Shown: positions 58,701-64,000 of the stretch, in pieces
How the letters are laid out: every line of letters starts with the position of its first letter
How positions within the stretch are numbered: position 1 is the stretch's first letter
IMG/VR virus record: IMGVR_UViG_3300022555_000045
Location: 10,080-74,079 of that record
From: a virus
Taxonomy: Duplodnaviria; Caudoviricetes
Strand: one strand, 5' to 3'
Length of the DNA stretch: 64,000 nucleotides
Notes under the pieces: generated by a model
Databases searched by the model: none
What the model saw: the letters and a program-made list of their open reading frames with translations, nothing else
What the model was told of the DNA's origin: nothing
Translations under genes and position numbers: made by a program

Positions 58701-59352
58701 AGGCTCCTTAACAGTTTCTTTACTCTCTAGTTCTATGTTAGTAACCTCATCTACTCCGTTCACTTTTTCAGTAACCTCGTCAACAGCAGTAACTATTGTT
58801 CCTATCAGCGATGTAGACTTTATGCAGCTTGAACCTTTAGCTTTCGCTACGTCACCTATCATTAACACCTCGGTTCACAACTACAGAAAAGGTGACGATC
58901 TAACTTACGACGTAGCTTATTGCTTGTTCTATGAAGCAGGGTATATTTTTACGAAAGCTAATTTTTCTTGTGAGAACCGTTCTGGGAAAAGTACAATTTT
59001 TACAGTAGGCTCTAGTCATATAAATTGCTTGCACCTTTACCGCAATAATGTTAATGGAAACGTGTTCCTTAGTGTTGAGTTTTGGGATAACGATACCTTT
59101 GAGATTTTGTTAGGTAATTGGCAAGTTAATACTGTATCTTCTTTCTATGTAAGTTGGGAGCTTCAAAAAGAAAACGAAATTCAGTACTATGTGCTAACCG
59201 CTACTATGAATGACGCTACAGTAACTACTAACTGTCTGTACTTCCCAGAGTTCTTTGATAAACTGTTAGTAGGTCGTTATTGGGAAGACACTAATTATTT
59301 TAATGGTCACTTTTTGCAAATATCCGCCTTTTCTGATCACCCTCCTCCTTAA
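55786..59352 (+). CDS. Baseplate wedge gp7/tail protein I-like fused to duplicated beta domains and a C-terminal lectin-like domain
   Basis: Central DTARMLGLNY...YYPMKGT...APIHLVL; two about 130-aa N-terminal repeats (VANxNT...IVDIxGxPL); C-terminal GLLIEQASKNL. Confidence 0.6.
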   Translation: MEYTLLDYGADLVNQAIVNGATIVIDGFQIGYAVNPSVSGSIVSPVNPVYISDETSQLNVQLSYDPNVLGISCVLPVNADDDFDIGNVLLTSSSVLYNIDTSKKANQIIVTPGVKLSSYTAGYYILVQVANSNNNVGKTVITFSIDSINDIGSPNSIIINPPIPILALTIGYNVLVNIANTNTKSNCTVSIYGLPNVYPIVDINGYPLAPGVLQKDSICEFIFTGTSFQLSGNTSIEVTNADFTSLAPGSLIAGQVYKLTCIYNTTINSISGKPCNTYSFTPELYSFLTPTPFAFGALGKAVVKTTNKLTIWGTLSNSTTDISTQANQITVLPGIKLSNLVIGYTAIVKVANTNTGVTTLTFSNGEIQDIGTVNALLVNPTHPVASLTVGYTLVVKAGNTNTGPCTITIYELVPVDIVDIYGNPLVGGAIQNGATYELIFDGVEFVITSEPIITISVTVTNIDRTPLVPNTLVAGTTYQFSCIYADTNNNVYYFTPAPYTSSIFNIIDNTVVVDYRQMLPNSFNDVPVWQDMAISASLIYRQNIVSPRNQLRNIRDPQGRQRQQMVDTARMLGLNYYIDQLPDAGIDRLSRYIAQYYPMKGTPQFGDLMSFLENSRISVNQLWSQDYQVFYEQSELSSRNLTTIFDTPPGPFYLTSHVALDYDAEKFPISSEQNLADLFYKLAPIHLVLKYIDGAFYPIPAVIYLTGRGYTEEEIISSFGSDPVEVIYLYYEAGMMEEAVYDSVSNKPPDEAAIYTSITTIDESVYKDRSDEPENKTTIYSVPVTVDDEIFDSVSNEPQDGFALCTFIGNVDTTTYSSVSDPAPNSTGVQSLLVNMDESCYDDVGIEPPYESTLYTGLTNTDREVDVSAPDTGFRLTTGETYIVINELFSNQTLGPQADFVRKSPAWYYDDFLNLAPVGIDKVRFDYNPITGNFAGLLIEQASKNLIPDPTTIESKTLSVDYGTYTVSMLGTGSLTVSLLSSSMLVTSSTPFTFSVTSSTAVTIVPISDVDFMQLEPLAFATSPIINTSVHNYRKGDDLTYDVAYCLFYEAGYIFTKANFSCENRSGKSTIFTVGSSHINCLHLYRNNVNGNVFLSVEFWDNDTFEILLGNWQVNTVSSFYVSWELQKENEIQYYVLTATMNDATVTTNCLYFPEFFDKLLVGRYWEDTNYFNGHFLQISAFSDHPPP

Positions 59353-59497
59353 CTTTGAGTGGTTAACTTCGCCTTTTCATAGCTTTTTGACAACGGTCCT
59401 AATTTACACAATACTGGTAAGAACTTAATTTTAATCAATAAGGACCGTTTGATCTAAAAAGCAAAATTTAAAATAAGGCTTGTTTAAGGAATTTAAA

Positions 59498-61369
59498 ATG
59501 AGCACAACCGTCATTACTACGGCTGGTATAGCCGCTGCTAATAACGCAGGAATCTATGGTCCTCAAATCAGTATAACATCGTTCAAAATTGGCGATGCTA
59601 TCATCAATCCTGTGTCAAGTATGACCTCTGTAGTAACTACAGCGGCAATGCCTACGCCTTACATCGGTGTTACTAGTCAGATTACTTATCAAGTTATAGA
59701 CGATAGCAATGTTCTCTTTAAGATTACGTTAGATGATTCTGTAGGTACGTTTAACATTGGTAACATTGGTCTCTACTTGTCTGATGGTACCTTGTTCGCT
59801 ATTACTGCGTTGCCAGGGGTTACTCAAAAAATAGCAACAAATTATCCTGCTACAATCGGTAATAGGCGTATCTTTAATATTATTATTCAGATGAGTGGCG
59901 TAGCAAACGCTACCAACTTAACTGTACTAATTCAAGACGAAGCTGCCTTACCTGTCGTACAATCAGAATTAGTGTTACCGCCTCCGGCTGTAGCACCTTT
60001 TCCTGTTTATATGATCAATAATCACTCAGTTTACGGTAGACCTGCTTTTGGTTTACGCTACAACGACTCTTGGTACTTCGTACCTGCTGATACAGATGAT
60101 GGTTACGGTACATACATATCATCTGCTTATTTTGATTCAAACGTCCTAGTAGGTCAACCAGTTGCTTGGTCTGCACCTAACAAAAAGTTTGTTGCTGGCG
60201 ACGGTACAAACTACTCAATAGGTGCAGTTGGTATTCGTGGTCCTGGTGACAAAATACTAACATTTGGTGACGTTTACATTATTCCTGCCAATACTCCGGT
60301 GTTTGTCCACTCTTTTGTTCCTGGACAAACTTATTACGCAGGCTCAGCAGGATCATTAGTAACAACTCCCAATGACTTTGAAATTGGTGTGGCACTTAAC
60401 ACTAACGCTTTGTTAATGACTATTGGGCGTAATCAGGTAGGTCAACAGTACATTGACGCTAAGGATAACTTACGGGTTTTGAAATCCGGCGATATCATGT
60501 CGGGTGAACTAATCATAGCAGCCGGAAGTTCTACATCCAACACTGATTTTTTAGCGTTAACCCCTACTGACGCAGGCTTTGGTATCCCCTCGTTGAAGTT
60601 CCACAAAGAAGCTCAATTAGCGACTTGGGGAATCTCAGTAACTGATGGAGCTACTCCTGGAAATTTAAACATTACAGCAGCTGCTGTTAACGTTTCTTCC
60701 ACTGCGTTAACCTTGACTAGTTCTAATGCGGCTACTATAAACGCTAGTAGTTTAACCGTCAATTCTCCTGTATCATTAACTGCTAAGGCAACTGCTCCTA
60801 CAGTAGTGGTTTCTGATAGCTCTAGTAATATTGCAACTACTGCTTTCGTACACAGTCAAATTGGTACAGGTCAAAGCCAAGTACCTACTAATTTGATTAT
60901 GGACACGTTAGTTGCTAGTATTACTCTTAACCCTCTTACATTACGTTCTAACAGGTTTACTAAGTATGTAAGCGGTGACACTATTCTAATTGACGATGAT
61001 CGTGGTAGTTTAATTATAGCTATCGCTAGCGGTATTACTATTAAGCTTCCAGTTACACAGCCTTCTATAGTTGATCACGCTATTGACGGTTGGGAAGTTA
61101 ATTTTTATAATCGAAGTGGTGGCGTTGTCTACATAACAACACAAACCATTCATGATACTATTGTAGAGTTTCCTAATTTACCTTTCATCCTTCCTGATAA
61201 GTCTTCAGTAACTATAAACCGTGGTGATATCTCTGTTAGAGCTTACGAGCTTTATAATTACAACGGTGTTGTGGTTGCTTCCATGCCTACTATGACAGCG
61301 TTTACTGAAGCAGAGCAAGAGTTTAACGACTTCTTCTTGTTAGAGTACCCAAACAACCCGGCGTTCTAA
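59498..61369 (+). CDS. Tail fibre protein (DUF3751-like N-terminus)
   Basis: Probable ATG at 59498; TTVITTAGIAAA...ITSFKIGD...FNIGNIGLYLSDGTLFA. Confidence 0.75.
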   Translation: MSTTVITTAGIAAANNAGIYGPQISITSFKIGDAIINPVSSMTSVVTTAAMPTPYIGVTSQITYQVIDDSNVLFKITLDDSVGTFNIGNIGLYLSDGTLFAITALPGVTQKIATNYPATIGNRRIFNIIIQMSGVANATNLTVLIQDEAALPVVQSELVLPPPAVAPFPVYMINNHSVYGRPAFGLRYNDSWYFVPADTDDGYGTYISSAYFDSNVLVGQPVAWSAPNKKFVAGDGTNYSIGAVGIRGPGDKILTFGDVYIIPANTPVFVHSFVPGQTYYAGSAGSLVTTPNDFEIGVALNTNALLMTIGRNQVGQQYIDAKDNLRVLKSGDIMSGELIIAAGSSTSNTDFLALTPTDAGFGIPSLKFHKEAQLATWGISVTDGATPGNLNITAAAVNVSSTALTLTSSNAATINASSLTVNSPVSLTAKATAPTVVVSDSSSNIATTAFVHSQIGTGQSQVPTNLIMDTLVASITLNPLTLRSNRFTKYVSGDTILIDDDRGSLIIAIASGITIKLPVTQPSIVDHAIDGWEVNFYNRSGGVVYITTQTIHDTIVEFPNLPFILPDKSSVTINRGDISVRAYELYNYNGVVVASMPTMTAFTEAEQEFNDFFLLEYPNNPAF

Positions 61370-61413
61370 CAACTTGACTTAACAACAGATACCTTAAAAG
61401 TGAGGAACTTTTT

Positions 61414-62070
61414 ATGACCATTCAGGCCAGAAATAGTGGATTGGTGGTAACTAACACAGCTCAAATAGTTTGCACGGCTTCTTCTGGCAACGCTTCTTTA
61501 GCTAAGCTTTGGATTGCAAATTCTGACGGTGTTAATACTCATCCAGTTAACTTAAGTTTTTATGATAGCAGTGCTGGGTTAACTTACAACCTTTTGACTC
61601 ATGTACCTATTTACGGTAGGCAGATGCGTCAGTTTGTTATGCCTCTTGCTTTAGAGAGCGGCGATTATATTACAGCGTCTTCTGATTCTTCTAACAGTTT
61701 ACATATTACATCAGCTATCTATGACTATATCAATGTTAGCAACCTATCAATCAAGAACGCAGCAGTTACTCCTAATGATAATCAGTCTCATGTGTTCTAT
61801 GTTTGCCCGCACTTGACTACCGCTTCGGTACGCCTTTTGGCAGCTAACAACGATCAAATTAACCGGCAGACGGTTACTATTACTTGGAATGATTATAGTC
61901 ACTCCACTTCTTACCTTGCTGCGTTAAACATTCCAATTGATCCTATGGTTACTTACGAGTTTGACATCCCGCTTATCCTTGAAGCACAAGATTCAATCGC
62001 CTTAACTGTCAGTAACGCTAACACACTTACCGTATTCGCATCTATTGAAGTCATGACCCCGTCGTCGTGA
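61414..62070 (+). CDS. Tail-associated protein of two homologous beta-sandwich halves
   Basis: LWIAN...PLALESGDYI in the first half vs LLAAN...PLILEAQDSI in the second. Confidence 0.65.
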   Translation: MTIQARNSGLVVTNTAQIVCTASSGNASLAKLWIANSDGVNTHPVNLSFYDSSAGLTYNLLTHVPIYGRQMRQFVMPLALESGDYITASSDSSNSLHITSAIYDYINVSNLSIKNAAVTPNDNQSHVFYVCPHLTTASVRLLAANNDQINRQTVTITWNDYSHSTSYLAALNIPIDPMVTYEFDIPLILEAQDSIALTVSNANTLTVFASIEVMTPSS

Positions 62071-62094
62071 GCTTAGAAAGAAGGAGCTTTTTGA

Positions 62095-63849
62095 ATGTCT
62101 TCCTTTGGAACTAGTTTAACCACGGCACCGGCTGACTTCCAATTAGTACGCGCTGTTGGTGATGGTAGCACTACTACTTTCCCTATCCCGTTTGTTCCGG
62201 GTAACTACGCTTCTGTATTCGTTGTTGTTGACGGTAAAGTTCTAAGTGCTAACGGTGTTGATTATTTTTTCACCGCGCAAAATAATAGTGGCGGCTGTAA
62301 TATCATTCTAGCTTCCGCTCCTGGTCCTACTGTTGAAGTAGAAATTCGTCAGATAGGGCGCACTTTTAATATGTTGGTTCCTGGTTCCGGTACTGTAGGA
62401 ACCAACCAGTTAGCTTACGGTGCAGTTACTGGTGATAAGATAGCGTCACATTCAGTATCAGTTTCTAATTTGTCTCCGAATGCTTTAAACGCAGTTACCG
62501 GCGCTCCTTTATATTCACCTTCTTTTTCGGGAGCACCTACCGCGCCTACACCTACCATTACTGATAACTCAACTTTAATTGCAACAACCGCTTTCGTTCG
62601 TGAGGTTGTAGCTACAGGTGGACTAGGTACTACGTCCTACGCCCCGCTCGATAGTCCAACTTTCACAGGTAATCCCCAAGCACCAGTTGTGACTGCTACT
62701 GATAACTCTGCCACTTTAGCCACTACAGCTTTCGTCCAGGCGGCTATTGGTAATGGTATCAACGGTCAAACCGTTATGGCGTCACCAATTCTTACTGGTA
62801 CACCAACGGCTCCTACACCAACTTCTACCGATAGTTCTAACCAGATTGCTACTACAGCTTTCGTAACTAACTACGTTTCTACTCACGGAGGTGGCGGTGG
62901 AGCACCTCTTAATTCTCCTAATTTCACAGGTACGCCGACAGCACCTACCCCTTCGGTTACTAGTAACTCATCTCAGTTAGCTACAACTGCTTTCGTTCAG
63001 TCAATTATCACTCCTGGTAGTTCTGTAGCTCCAGTAAGTTCTCCTAACTTTACTGGTAACCCCACTGCACCTACACAGGCTACTGCTGACAGTTCCACCA
63101 GAATTGCAACAACTGCTTTCGTACACAACGTTGTAAATTCTGGTGGTGGAGGTGGCGGAGCACCTTTAGATTCTCCTAACTTTACCGGTAACCCCACTGC
63201 ACCTACTATTACAGTAACGGATAGCTCAACTACTCTGGCGACTACTGCTTTCGTCCACAGTTTAGCTAATCCTAATTCTACTTCGTATAGCGGGACTTCT
63301 ATTTATTTCGCTCGTTCTGATCACTCGCACTCTGGTGGTGGCGGGAGTGGAGCACCTCTTAATTCTCCTAACTTTACCGGTACTCCTACAGCACCAACAG
63401 TAACGGTAACGGACAACTCTACTACTTTGGCGACTACTGCTTTCGTTAAAGCCGCTATAAACGCTGGTGGTTTAGGCGGTGGCGGATCAGCACCTCTTGA
63501 TAGTCCTGCCTTCACTGGTAACCCAACGGCCCCTACGCCTACAGTTACTGACAAATCTACTTCGCTTGCTACAACTCAGTTTGTTAGTAACGCCATCGCT
63601 GCTAAGTTTACCCAATCATTCAATAACAGTTCTGATTGGAATCTTGCTAGCGACTACTACACCATTACTTTCCCAGCTTCTAGTCACTCTAAAGGAAGTA
63701 CTCCTGCTGTTCAAGTGTACATGTTTAATGGCACAATGTATCAGATGCTCTTAACCGATTCTATCGGTATTTACCCTAACGGTGACGTAGTAATTAGCGT
63801 TACTAGCTCCATTGATAACCGGTTCACTGGCAGAGTCTGTATCTTCTAA
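62095..63849 (+). CDS. Tail fibre protein with 8 APLxSPxFTGxPTAPT...ATTAFV repeats
   Basis: Eight copies of the common phage fibre repeat, separated by Gly-rich hinges. Confidence 0.85.
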   Translation: MSSFGTSLTTAPADFQLVRAVGDGSTTTFPIPFVPGNYASVFVVVDGKVLSANGVDYFFTAQNNSGGCNIILASAPGPTVEVEIRQIGRTFNMLVPGSGTVGTNQLAYGAVTGDKIASHSVSVSNLSPNALNAVTGAPLYSPSFSGAPTAPTPTITDNSTLIATTAFVREVVATGGLGTTSYAPLDSPTFTGNPQAPVVTATDNSATLATTAFVQAAIGNGINGQTVMASPILTGTPTAPTPTSTDSSNQIATTAFVTNYVSTHGGGGGAPLNSPNFTGTPTAPTPSVTSNSSQLATTAFVQSIITPGSSVAPVSSPNFTGNPTAPTQATADSSTRIATTAFVHNVVNSGGGGGGAPLDSPNFTGNPTAPTITVTDSSTTLATTAFVHSLANPNSTSYSGTSIYFARSDHSHSGGGGSGAPLNSPNFTGTPTAPTVTVTDNSTTLATTAFVKAAINAGGLGGGGSAPLDSPAFTGNPTAPTPTVTDKSTSLATTQFVSNAIAAKFTQSFNNSSDWNLASDYYTITFPASSHSKGSTPAVQVYMFNGTMYQMLLTDSIGIYPNGDVVISVTSSIDNRFTGRVCIF

Positions 63850-64000
63850 GACGCGAGCTTAGGTGAATATCTTCTAAGACGTGAGCTTAGGTGAATATCT
63901 TCTAAGACGTGAGCTTAGGTGAATATCTTCTAAGACGTGAGCTTAGGTGAATATCTTCTAAGACGTGAGCTTAGGTGAATATCTTCTAAGACGTGAGCTT
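63841..64000. repeat. 28-bp tandem array, at least 5.7 copies, runs off the window
   Basis: atcttctaagacgtgagcttaggtgaat at 63841, 63869, 63897, 63925, 63953 and 63981; only the first copy differs (C for T at unit position 14). Confidence 0.95.

Noticed and set aside
51636-64000. Calling the 21-bp or 28-bp arrays CRISPR arrays
   Set aside because: The units are directly adjacent with no unique spacers, and there are no cas genes in the window.
1-64000. Stop-codon reassignment as seen in some jumbo phages
   Set aside because: All conserved genes are full length under the standard code and end in TAA, TAG or TGA.

Overview
The window is a gene-dense, almost entirely + strand segment of a large (jumbo-type) contractile-tailed phage genome. 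It covers the whole virion morphogenesis region. From recall, not a database search, the gene order and capsid/portal sequences resemble RSL1/PaBG/Y3-like jumbo myoviruses. In order it holds: the tail end of a probable DNA methylase, an orphan HicB, an SF1 helicase, an intein-containing large terminase, a ferredoxin, two mini-ORFs copying the portal clip domain, an intein-containing portal, thioredoxin, probable internal head proteins, prohead protease, scaffold, a head structural protein, major capsid, tRNA-Tyr, sheath, tubes, chaperones, tape measure/lysin, baseplate and tail fibres. Seven selfish nuclease elements interrupt the module. The strongest discovery candidate is an IscB/omega-RNA (OMEGA) element at about 20324-22002. 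Its RuvC catalytic residues are lost, while the HNH motif and RNA scaffold are kept. It sits exactly between the Shine-Dalgarno and the ATGA start of the scaffold gene, so its predicted guide is the scaffold translation-initiation region, transcribed from a candidate phage late promoter. Other leads are the free portal-clip mini-proteins, a triple EndoVII protein, spacer-less hairpin arrays that start at stop codons, and a candidate late promoter CTTAATTTT.
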